Positions 40,901-52,800 of a stretch of DNA of 64,000 nt are shown one piece after another; the first letter of the stretch is position 1, and each line of letters opens with the position of its first letter. The stretch lies in the NCBI RefSeq assembly GCF_009914755.1, contig NC_060942.1; one strand, written 5' to 3'. The notes under the pieces were generated by a model. It was not told the origin of the DNA. It made no database searches and was given only the letters and a program-made list of their open reading frames with translations. A program made the position numbers and the translations under genes. The stretch is from the human T2T-CHM13v2.0 reference genome, Homo sapiens.

Positions 40901-43900
40901 AGAACAGTTTTGAAACACTCTTTTTGTGGAATCTGCAAGTGGCTATTTGGCTAGATTTGAGGATTTCGTTGGAAACGGGATTACATATAAAAAGCAGTCA
41001 GCGGCATTCTCAGAAAGTTCTTTGTGATGATTGCATTCAAGTCACAGAATTGAACATTCCCTTTCACAGAGCAGGTTTGAAACACTCTTTTTGTAGTGTG
41101 TGTAAGTGGACATTTGGAGCACTTACCGGCCTAAGGTGAAAAAGGAAATAATCTTCCCATAAAAACTAGACAGAAGCATTCTCAGAAACTTACTCGTGAT
41201 GTGTGTCCTCAACTAAAGGAGTAGAACCTTTCTTTTCATAGAGAAGTTTTGAAACGCTCTTTTTGTGGAATCTGCAAGTGGATATTTGGCTAGTTTTGAG
41301 GATTTCGTTGGAAGCGGGAATTCATACAAATTGCAGACTGCAGCGTTCTGAGAAACAACTTTGTGATGTTTGTATTCAGGACACAGAGTTGAACATTCCC
41401 TATCATAGAGCAGGTTTGAATCACTCCTTTTGTAGTATCTGGAAGTGGACATTTGGAGCGCTTTCAGGCCTATGTTGGAAAAGGAAATATCTTCCCATAA
41501 CAACTAGACAGAAGCATTCTCAGAAACTTATTTGAGATGTGTGTACTCAACTAAGAGAATTGAACCACCGTTTTGAAGGAGCAGTTTTGAAACTCTCTTT
41601 TTCTGGAATCTGCAAGTGGATATTTGGCTAGCTTTGGGGATTTCGCTGGAAGCGGGAATACATATAAAAAGCACACAGCAGCGTTCTGAGAAACTGCTTT
41701 CTGATGTTTGCATTCAAGTCAAAAGTTGAACACTCCCTTTCATAGAGCAGTCCTGAAACACCCCTTTTGTAGTATCTGGAACTGGACTTTTGGAGCGATT
41801 TCAGGGCTAAGGTGAAAAAGGAAATATCTTCCCATAAAAACTGGACAGAAGCATTCTCAGAAACTTGTTTATGCTGTATCTACTCAACTAACAAAGTTGA
41901 ACCTTTCTTTTGATAGAGCAGTTTTGAAATGGTCTTTTTGTGGAATCTGCAAGTGGATATTTGGCTAGTTTTGAGGATTTCGTTGGAAGCGGGAATTCAT
42001 ACAAATTGCAGACTGCAGCGTTCTGAGAAACATCTTTGTGATGTTTGTATTCAGGACACAGAGTTGAACATTCCCTATCATAGAGCAGGTTGGAATCACT
42101 CCTTTTGTAGTATCTGGAAGTGGACATTTGGAGCGCTTTCAGGCCTATTTTGGAAAGGGAAATATCTTCCCGTAACAACTATGCAGAAGCATTCTCAGAA
42201 ACTTGTTTGTGATGTGTGCCCTCTACTGACAGAGTTGAACCTTTCTTTTCATAGAGCAGTTTTGAAACACTCTTTTTGTAGAATCTGCAAGAGGATATTT
42301 GCATAGCTTTGAGGATTTCGTGGGAAACGGGATTGTCTTCAGGTAAAATCTAGACAGAAGCATTCTCAGAAACTTCTTTGGGATGTTTGCATTCAAGTCA
42401 CAGAGTAGAACATTCCCTTTGGTAGAGCAGGTTTGAAACACTCTTTTTGTAGTATCTGGAAGTGGACATTTGGAGCGCTTTCAGGCCCATGTTGGAAAGG
42501 GAAATATCTTCCCGTAACAACTAGGCAGAAGCATTCTCAGAAACTTATTTGAGATGTGTGTACTCAACTAAGAGAATTGAACCACCGTTTTGAAGGAGCA
42601 GTTTTGAAACACTCTTTTTCTGGAATCTGCAAGAGTATATTTGCCTAGCCTTGAGGATTTCGTTGGAAACGGGATTGTCTTCAGAGAAAATCTAGACAGA
42701 AGCATTCTCAGAAACTTCTTTGGGATGCTTGCATTCAAGTCACAGAGTAGAACATTCCCTTTGGTAGAGCAGGTTTGAAACACTCTTTTTGTAGTATCTG
42801 GAAGTGGACATTTGGAGCGCTTTCAGGCCTACGTTGGAAAAGGAAATATCTTCCCATAACAACTAGACAGAAGCATTCTCAGAAACTAGTTTCTGATGTG
42901 TGTCCTCAACTAACACAGTTGAACATTTCTTTAGACAGAACAGTTTTGAAACACTCTTTTTGTGGAATCTGCAAGTGGCTATCTGGCTAGATTTGAGGAT
43001 TTCGTTGGAAACGGGATTACATATAAAAAGCAGTCAGCGGCATTCTCAGAAAGTTCTTTGTGATGATTGCATTCAAGTCACAGAATTGAACATTCCCTTT
43101 CACAGAGCAGGTTTGAAACACTCTTTTTGTAGTGTGTGTAAGTGGACATTTGGAGCACTTACCGGCCTAAGGTGAAAAAGGAAATAATCTTCCCATAAAA
43201 ACTAGACAGAAGCATTCTCAGAAACTTACTCGTGATGTGTGTCCTCAACTAAAGGAGTAGAACCTTTCTTTTCATAGAGAAGTTTTGAAACGCTCTTTTT
43301 GTGGAATCTGCAAGTGGATATTTGGCTAGTTTTGAGGATTTCGTTGGAAGCGGGAATTCATACAAATTGCAGACTGCAGCGTTCTGAGAAACATCTTTGT
43401 GATGTTTGTATTCAGGACACAGAGTTGAACATTCCCTATCATAGAGCAGGTTTGAATCACTCCTTTTGTAGTATCTGGAAGTGGACATTTGGAGCGCTTT
43501 CAGGCCTATGTTGGAAAAGGAAATATCTTCCCATAACAACTAGACAGAAGCATTCTCAGAAACTTATTTGAGATGTGTGTACTCAACTAAGAGAATTGAA
43601 CCACCGTTTTGAAGGAGCAGTTTTGAAACTCTCTTTTTCTGGAATCTGCAAGTGGATATTTGGCTAGCTTTGGGGATTTCGCTGGAAGCGGGAATACATA
43701 TAAAAAGCACACAGCAGCGTTCTGAGAAACTGCTTTCTGATGTTTGCATTCAAGTCAAAAGTTGAACACTCCCTTTCATAGAGCAGTCCTGAAACACCCC
43801 TTTTGTAGTATCTGGAACTGGACTTTTGGAGCGATTTCAGGGCTAAGGTGAAAAAGGAAATATCTTCCCATAAAAACTGGACAGAAGCATTCTCAGAAAC

Positions 43901-46900
43901 TTGTTTATGCTGTATCTACTCAACTAACAAAGTTGAACCTTTCTTTTGATAGAGCAGTTTTGAAATGGTCTTTTTGTGGAATCTGCAAGTGGATATTTGG
44001 CTAGTTTTGAGGATTTCGTTGGAAGCGGGAATTCATACAAATTGCAGACTGCAGCGTTCTGAGAAACATCTTTGTGATGTTTGTATTCAGGACACAGAGT
44101 TGAACATTCCCTATCATAGAGCAGGTTGGAATCACTCCTTTTGTAGTATCTGGAAGTGGACATTTGGAGCGCTTTCAGGCCTATTTTGGAAAGGGAAATA
44201 TCTTCCCGTAACAACTATGCAGAAGCATTCTCAGAAACTTGTTTGTGATGTGTGCCCTCTACTGACAGAGTTGAACCTTTCTTTTCATAGAGCACTTTTG
44301 AAACACTCTTTTTGTAGAATCTGCAAGAGGATATTTGCATAGCTTTGAGGATTTCGTGGGAAACGGGATTGTCTTCAGGTAAAATCTAGACAGAAGCATT
44401 CTCAGAAACTTCTTTGGGATGTTTGCATTCAAGTCACAGAGTAGAACATTCCCTTTGGTAGAGCAGGTTTGAAACACTCTTTTTGTAGTATCTGGAAGTG
44501 GACATTTGGAGCGCTTTCAGGCCCATGTTGGAAAGGGAAATATCTTCCCGTAACAACTAGGCAGAAGCATTCTCAGAAACTTATTTGAGATGTGTGTACT
44601 CAACTAAGAGAATTGAACCACCGTTTTGAAGGAGCAGTTTTGAAACACTCTTTTTCTGGAATCTGCAAGAGTATATTTGCCTAGCCTTGAGGATTTCGTT
44701 GGAAACGGGATTGTCTTCAGAGAAAATCTAGACAGAAGCATTCTCAGAAACTTCTTTGGGATGCTTGCATTCAAGTCACAGAGTAGAACATTCCCTTTGG
44801 TAGAGCAGGTTTGAAACACTCTTTTTGTAGTATCTGGAAGTGGACATTTGGAGCGCTTTCAGGCCTACGTTGGAAAAGGAAATATCTTCCCATAACAACT
44901 AGACAGAAGCATTCTCAGAAACTAGTTTCTGATGTGTGTCCTCAACTAACACAGTTGAACATTTCTTTAGACAGAACAGTTTTGAAACACTCTTTTTGTG
45001 GAATCTGCAAGTGGCTATTTGGCTAGATTTGAGGATTTCGTTGGAAACGGGATTACATATAAAAAGCAGTCAGCGGCATTCTCAGAAAGTTCTTTGTGAT
45101 GATTGCATTCAAGTCACAGAATTGAACATTCCCTTTCACAGAGCAGGTTTGAAACACTCTTTTTGTAGTGTGTGTAAGTGGACATTTGGAGCACTTACCG
45201 GCCTAAGGTGAAAAAGGAAATAATCTTCCCATAAAAACTAGACAGAAGCATTCTCAGAAACTTACTCGTGATGTGTGTCCTCAACTAAAGGAGTAGAACC
45301 TTTCTTTTCATAGAGAAGTTTTGAAACGCTCTTTTTGTGGAATCTGCAAGTGGATATTTGGCTAGTTTTGAGGATTTCGTTGGAAGCGGGAATTCATACA
45401 AATTGCAGACTGCAGCGTTCTGAGAAACATCTTTGTGATGTTTGTATTCAGGACACAGAGTTGAACATTCCCTATCATAGAGCAGGTTTGAATCACTCCT
45501 TTTGTAGTATCTGGAAGTGGACATTTGGAGCGCTTTCAGGCCTATGTTGGAAAAGGAAATATCTTCCCATAACAACTAGACAGAAGCATTCTCAGAAACT
45601 TATTTGAGATGTGTGTACTCAACTAAGAGAATTGAACCACCGTTTTGAAGGAGCAGTTTTGAAACTCTCTTTTTCTGGAATCTGCAAGTGGATATTTGGC
45701 TAGCTTTGGGGATTTCGCTGGAAGCGGGAATACATATAAAAAGCACACAGCAGCGTTCTGAGAAACTGCTTTCTGATGTTTGCATTCAAGTCAAAAGTTG
45801 AACACTCCCTTTCATAGAGCAGTCCTGAAACACCCCTTTTGTAGTATCTGGAACTGGACTTTTGGAGCGATTTCAGGGCTAAGGTGAAAAAGGAAATATC
45901 TTCCCATAAAAACTGGACAGAAGCATTCTCAGAAACTTGTTTATGCTGTATCTACTCAACTAACAAAGTTGAACCTTTCTTTTGATAGAGCAGTTTTGAA
46001 ATGGTCTTTTTGTGGAATCTGCAAGTGGATATTTGGCTAGTTTTGAGGATTTCGTTGGAAGCGGGAATTCATACAAATTGCAGACTGCAGCGTTCTGAGA
46101 AACATCTTTGTGATGTTTGTATTCAGGACACAGAGTTGAACATTCCCTATCATAGAGCAGGTTGGAATCACTCCTTTTGTAGTATCTGGAAGTGGACATT
46201 TGGAGCGCTTTCAGGCCTATTTTGGAAAGGGAAATATCTTCCCGTAACAACTATGCAGAAGCATTCTCAGAAACTTGTTTGTGATGTGTGCCCTCTACTG
46301 ACAGAGTTGAACCTTTCTTTTCATAGAGCAGTTTTGAAACACTCTTTTTGTAGAATCTGCAAGAGGATATTTGCATAGCTTTGAGGATTTCGTGGGAAAC
46401 GGGATTGTCTTCAGGTAAAATCTAGACAGAAGCATTCTCAGAAACTTCTTTGGGATGTTTGCATTCAAGTCACAGAGTAGAACATTCCCTTTGGTAGAGC
46501 AGGTTTGAAACACTCTTTTTGTAGTATCTGGAAGTGGACATTTGGAGCGCTTTCAGGCCCATGTTGGAAAGGGAAATATCTTCCCGTAACAACTAGGCAG
46601 AAGCATTCTCAGAAACTTATTTGAGATGTGTGTACTCAACTAAGAGAATTGAACCACCGTTTTGAAGGAGCAGTTTTGAAACACTCTTTTTCTGGAATCT
46701 GCAAGAGTATATTTGCCTAGCCTTGAGGATTTCGTTGGAAACGGGATTGTCTTCAGAGAAAATCTAGACAGAAGCATTCTCAGAAACTTCTTTGGGATGC
46801 TTGCATTCAAGTCACAGAGTAGAACATTCCCTTTGGTAGAGCAGGTTTGAAACACTCTTTTTGTAGTATCTGGAAGTGGACATTTGGAGCGCTTTCAGGC

Positions 46901-49783
46901 CTACGTTGGAAAAGGAAATATCTTCCCATAACAACTAGACAGAAGCATTCTCAGAAACTAGTTTCTGATGTGTGTCCTCAACTAACACAGTTGAACATTT
47001 CTTTAGACAGAACAGTTTTGAAACACTCTTTTTGTGGAATCTGCAAGTGGCTATTTGGCTAGATTTGAGGATTTCGTTGGAAACGGGATTACATATAAAA
47101 AGCAGTCAGCGGCATTCTCAGAAAGTTCTTTGTGATGATTGCATTCAAGTCACAGAATTGAACATTCCCTTTCACAGAGCAGGTTTGAAACACTCTTTTT
47201 GTAGTGTGTGTAAGTGGACATTTGGAGCACTTACCGGCCTAAGGTGAAAAAGGAAATATCTTCCCATAAAAACTAGACAGAAGCATTCTCAGAAACTTAC
47301 TCGTGATGTGTGTCCTCAACTAAAGGAGTAGAACCTTTCTTTTCATAGAGAAGTTTTGAAACGCTCTTTTTGTGGAATCTGCAAGTGGATATTTGGCTAG
47401 TTTTGAGGATTTCGTTGGAAGCGGGAATTCATACAAATTGCAGACTGCAGCGTTCTGAGAAACATCTTTGTGATGTTTGTATTCAGGACACAGAGTTGAA
47501 CATTCCCTATCATAGAGCAGGTTGGAATCACTCCTTTTGTAGTATCTGGAAGTGGACATTTGGAGCGCTTTCAGGCCTATGTTGGAAAAGGAAATATCTT
47601 CCCATAACAACTAGACAGAAGCATTCTCAGAAACTTATTTGAGATGTGTGTACTCAACTAAGAGAATTGAACCACCGTTTTGAAGGAGCAGTTTTGAAAC
47701 TCTCTTTTTCTGGAATCTGCAAGTGGATATTTGGCTAGCTTTGGGGATTTCGCTGGAAGCGGGAATACATATAAAAAGCACACAGCAGCGTTCTGAGAAA
47801 CTGCTTTCTGATGTTTGCATTCAAGTCAAAAGTTGAACACTCCCTTTCATAGAGCAGTCCTGAAACACCCCTTTTGTAGTATCTGGAACTGGACTTTTGG
47901 AGCGATTTCAGGGCTAAGGTGAAAAAGGAAATATCTTCCCATAAAAACTGGACAGAAGCATTCTCAGAAACTTGTTTATGCTGTATCTACTCAACTAACA
48001 AAGTTGAACCTTTCTTTTGATAGAGCAGTTTTGAAATGGTCTTTTTGTGGAATCTGCAAGTGGATATTTGGCTAGTTTTGAGGATTTCGTTGGAAGCGGG
48101 AATTCATACAAATTGCAGACTGCAGCGTTCTGAGAAACATCTTTGTGATGTTTGTATTCAGGACACAGAGTTGAACATTCCCTATCATAGAGCAGGTTGG
48201 AATCACTCCTTTTGTAGTATCTGGAAGTGGACATTTGGAGCGCTTTCAGGCCTATTTTGGAAAGGGAAATATCTTCCCGTAACAACTATGCAGAAGCATT
48301 CTCAGAAACTTGTTTGTGATGTGTGCCCTCTACTGACAGAGTTGAACCTTTCTTTTCATAGAGCAGTTTTGAAACACTCTTTTTGTAGAATCTGCAAGAG
48401 GATATTTGCATAGCTTTGAGGATTTCGTGGGAAACGGGATTGTCTTCAGGTAAAATCTAGACAGAAGCATTCTCAGAAACTTCTTTGGGATGTTTGCATT
48501 CAAGTCACAGAGTAGAACATTCCCTTTGGTAGAGCAGGTTTGAAACACTCTTTTTGTAGTATCTGGAAGTGGACATTTGGAGCGCTTTCAGGCCCATGTT
48601 GGAAAGGGAAATATCTTCCCGTAACAACTAGGCAGAAGCATTCTCAGAAACTTATTTGAGATGTGTGTACTCAACTAAGAGAATTGAACCACCGTTTTGA
48701 AGGAGCAGTTTTGAAACACTCTTTTTCTGGAATCTGCAAGAGTATATTTGCCTAGCCTTGAGGATTTCGTTGGAAACGGGATTGTCTTCAGAGAAAATCT
48801 AGACAGAAGCATTCTCAGAAACTTCTTTGGGATGCTTGCATTCAAGTCACAGAGTAGAACATTCCCTTTGGTAGAGCAGGTTTGAAACACTCTTTTTGTA
48901 GTATCTGGAAGTGGACATTTGGAGCGCTTTCAGGCCTACGTTGGAAAAGGAAATATCTTCCCATAACAACTAGACAGAAGCATTCTCAGAAACTAGTTTC
49001 TGATGTGTGTCCTCAACTAACACAGTTGAACATTTCTTTAGACAGAACAGTTTTGAAACACTCTTTTTGTGGAATCTGCAAGTGGCTATTTGGCTAGATT
49101 TGAGGATTTCGTTGGAAACGGGATTACATATAAAAAGCAGTCAGCGGCATTCTCAGAAAGTTCTTTGTGATGATTGCATTCAAGTCACAGAATTGAACAT
49201 TCCCTTTCACAGAGCAGGTTTGAAACACTCTTTTTGTAGTGTGTGTAAGTGGACATTTGGAGCACTTACCGGCCTAAGGTGAAAAAGGAAATAATCTTCC
49301 CATAAAAACTAGACAGAAGCATTCTCAGAAACTTACTCGTGATGTGTGTCCTCAACTAAAGGAGTAGAACCTTTCTTTTCATAGAGAAGTTTTGAAACGC
49401 TCTTTTTGTGGAATCTGCAAGTGGATATTTGGCTAGTTTTGAGGATTTCGTTGGAAGCGGGAATTCATACAAATTGCAGACTGCAGCGTTCTGAGAAACA
49501 TCTTTGTGATGTTTGTATTCAGGACACAGAGTTGAACATTCCCTATCATAGAGCAGGTTTGAATCACTCCTTTTGTAGTATCTGGAAGTGGACATTTGGA
49601 GCGCTTTCAGGCCTATGTTGGAAAAGGAAATATCTTCCCATAACAACTAGACAGAAGCATTCTCAGAAACTTATTTGAGATGTGTGTACTCAACTAAGAG
49701 AATTGAACCACCGTTTTGAAGGAGCAGTTTTGAAACTCTCTTTTTCTGGAATCTGCAAGTGGATATTTGGCTAGCTTTGGGGA

Positions 49784-49800
49784 TTTTGCTGGAAGCGGGA
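49784..49800 (+). other. Mutated (likely non-binding) CENP-B box in HOR copy 25
   Basis: The box reads TTTTGCTGGAAGCGGGA instead of TTTCGCTGGAAGCGGGA: C>T at 49787 in the essential TTCG. The ORF track confirms it (49671..49856 has SSKIPK vs SSEIPK). Confidence 0.9.
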
Positions 49801-52800
49801 ATACATATAAAAAGCACACAGCAGCGTTCTGAGAAACTGCTTTCTGATGTTTGCATTCAAGTCAAAAGTTGAACACTCCCTTTCATAGAGCAGTCCTGAA
49901 ACACCCCTTTTGTAGTATCTGGAACTGGACTTTTGGAGCGATTTCAGGGCTAAGGTGAAAAAGGAAATATCTTCCCATAAAAACTGGACAGAAGCATTCT
50001 CAGAAACTTGGTTATGCTGTATCTACTCAACTAACAAAGTTGAACCTTTCTTTTGATAGAGCAGTTTTGAAATGGTCTTTTTGTGGAATCTGCAAGTGGA
50101 TATTTGGCTAGTTTTGAGGATTTCGTTGGAAGCGGGAATTCATACAAATTGCAGACTGCAGCGTTCTGAGAAACATCTTTGTGATGTTTGTATTCAGGAC
50201 ACAGAGTTGAACATTCCCTATCATAGAGCAGGTTGGAATCACTCCTTTTGTAGTATCTGGAAGTGGACATTTGGAGCGCTTTCAGGCCTATTTTGGAAAG
50301 GGAAATATCTTCCCGTAACAACTATGCAGAAGCATTCTCAGAAACTTGTTTGTGATGTGTGCCCTCTACTGACAGAGTTGAACCTTTCTTTTCATAGAGC
50401 AGTTTTGAAACACTCTTTTTGTAGAATCTGCAAGAGGATATTTGCATAGCTTTGAGGATTTCGTGGGAAACGGGATTGTCTTCAGGTAAAATCTAGACAG
50501 AAGCATTCTCAGAAACTTCTTTGGGATGTTTGCATTCAAGTCACAGAGTAGAACATTCCCTTTGGTAGAGCAGGTTTGAAACACTCTTTTTGTAGTATCT
50601 GGAAGTGGACATTTGGAGCGCTTTCAGGCCCATGTTGGAAAGGGAAATATCTTCCCGTAACAACTAGGCAGAAGCATTCTCAGAAACTTATTTGAGATGT
50701 GTGTACTCAACTAAGAGAATTGAACCACCGTTTTGAAGGAGCAGTTTTGAAACACTCTTTTTCTGGAATCTGCAAGAGTATATTTGCCTAGCCTTGAGGA
50801 TTTCGTTGGAAACGGGATTGTCTTCAGAGAAAATCTAGACAGAAGCATTCTCAGAAACTTCTTTGGGATGCTTGCATTCAAGTCACAGAGTAGAACATTC
50901 CCTTTGGTAGAGCAGGTTTGAAACACTCTTTTTTTAGTATCTGGAAGTGGACATTTGGAGCGCTTTCAGGCCTACGTTGGAAAAGGAAATATCTTCCCAT
51001 AACAACTAGACAGAAGCATTCTCAGAAACTAGTTTCTGATGTGTGTCCTCAACTAACACAGTTGAACATTTCTTTAGACAGAACAGTTTTGAAACACTCT
51101 TTTTGTGGAATCTGCAAGTGGCTATTTGGCTAGATTTGAGGATTTCGTTGGAAACGGGATTACATATAAAAAGCAGTCAGCGGCATTCTCAGAAAGTTCT
51201 TTGTGATGATTGCATTCAAGTCACAGAATTGAACATTCCCTTTCACAGAGCAGGTTTGAAACACTCTTTTTGTAGTGTGTGTAAGTGGACATTTGGAGCA
51301 CGTACCGGCCTAAGGTGAAAAAGGAAATATCTTCCCATAAAAACTAGACAGAAGCATTCTCAGAAACTTACTCGTGATGTGTGTCCTCAACTAAAGGAGT
51401 AGAACCTTTCTTTTCATAGAGAAGTTTTGAAACGCTCTTTTTGTGGAATCTGCAAGTGGATATTTGGCTAGTTTTGAGGATTTCGTTGGAAGCGGGAATT
51501 CATACAAATTGCAGACTGCAGCGTTCTGAGAAACATCTTTGTGATGTTTGTATTCAGGACACAGAGTTGAACATTCCCTATCATAGAGCAGGTTTGAATC
51601 ACTCCTTTTGTAGTATCTGGAAGTGGACATTTGGAGCGCTTTCAGGCCTATGTTGGAAAAGGAAATATCTTCCCATAACAACTAGACAGAAGCATTCTCA
51701 GAAACTTATTTGAGATGTGTGTACTCAACTAAGAGAATTGAACCACCGTTTTGAAGGAGCAGTTTTGAAACTCTCTTTTTCTGGAATCTGCAAGTGGATA
51801 TTTGGCTAGCTTTGGGGATTTCGCTGGAAGCGGGAATACATATAAAAAGCACACAGCAGCGTTCTGAGAAACTGCTTTCTGATGTTTGCATTCAAGTCAA
51901 AAGTTGAACACTCCCTTTCATAGAGCAGTCCTGAAACACCCCTTTTGTAGTATCTGGAACTGGACTTTTGGAGCGATTTCAGGGCTAAGGTGAAAAAGGA
52001 AATATCTTCCCATAAAAACTGGACAGAAGCATTCTCAGAAACTTGTTTATGCTGTATCTACTCAACTAACAAAGTTGAACCTTTCTTTTGATAGAGCAGT
52101 TTTGAAATGGTCTTTTTGTGGAATCTGCAAGTGGATATTTGGCTAGTTTTGAGGATTTCGTTGGAAGCGGGAATTCATACAAATTGCAGACTGCAGCGTT
52201 CTGAGAAACATCTTTGTGATGTTTGTATTCAGGACACAGAGTTGAACATTCCCTATCATAGAGCAGGTTGGAATCACTCCTTTTGTAGTATCTGGAAGTG
52301 GACATTTGGAGCGCTTTCAGGCCTATTTTGGAAAGGGAAATATCTTCCCGTAACAACTATGCAGAAGCATTCTCAGAAACTTGTTTGTGATGTGTGCCCT
52401 CTACTGACAGAGTTGAACCTTTCTTTTCATAGAGCAGTTTTGAAACACTCTTTTTGTAGAATCTGCAAGAGGATATTTGCATAGCTTTGAGGATTTCGTG
52501 GGAAACGGGATTGTCTTCAGGTAAAATCTAGACAGAAGCATTCTCAGAAACTTCTTTGGGATGTTTGCATTCAAGTCACAGAGTAGAACATTCCCTTTGG
52601 TAGAGCAGGTTTGAAACACTCTTTTTGTAGTATCTGGAAGTGGACATTTGGAGCGCTTTCAGGCCCATGTTGGAAAGGGAAATATCTTCCCGTAACAACT
52701 AGGCAGAAGCATTCTCAGAAACTTATTTGAGATGTGTGTACTCAACTAAGAGAATTGAACCACCGTTTTGAAGGAGCAGTTTTGAAACACTCTTTTTCTG

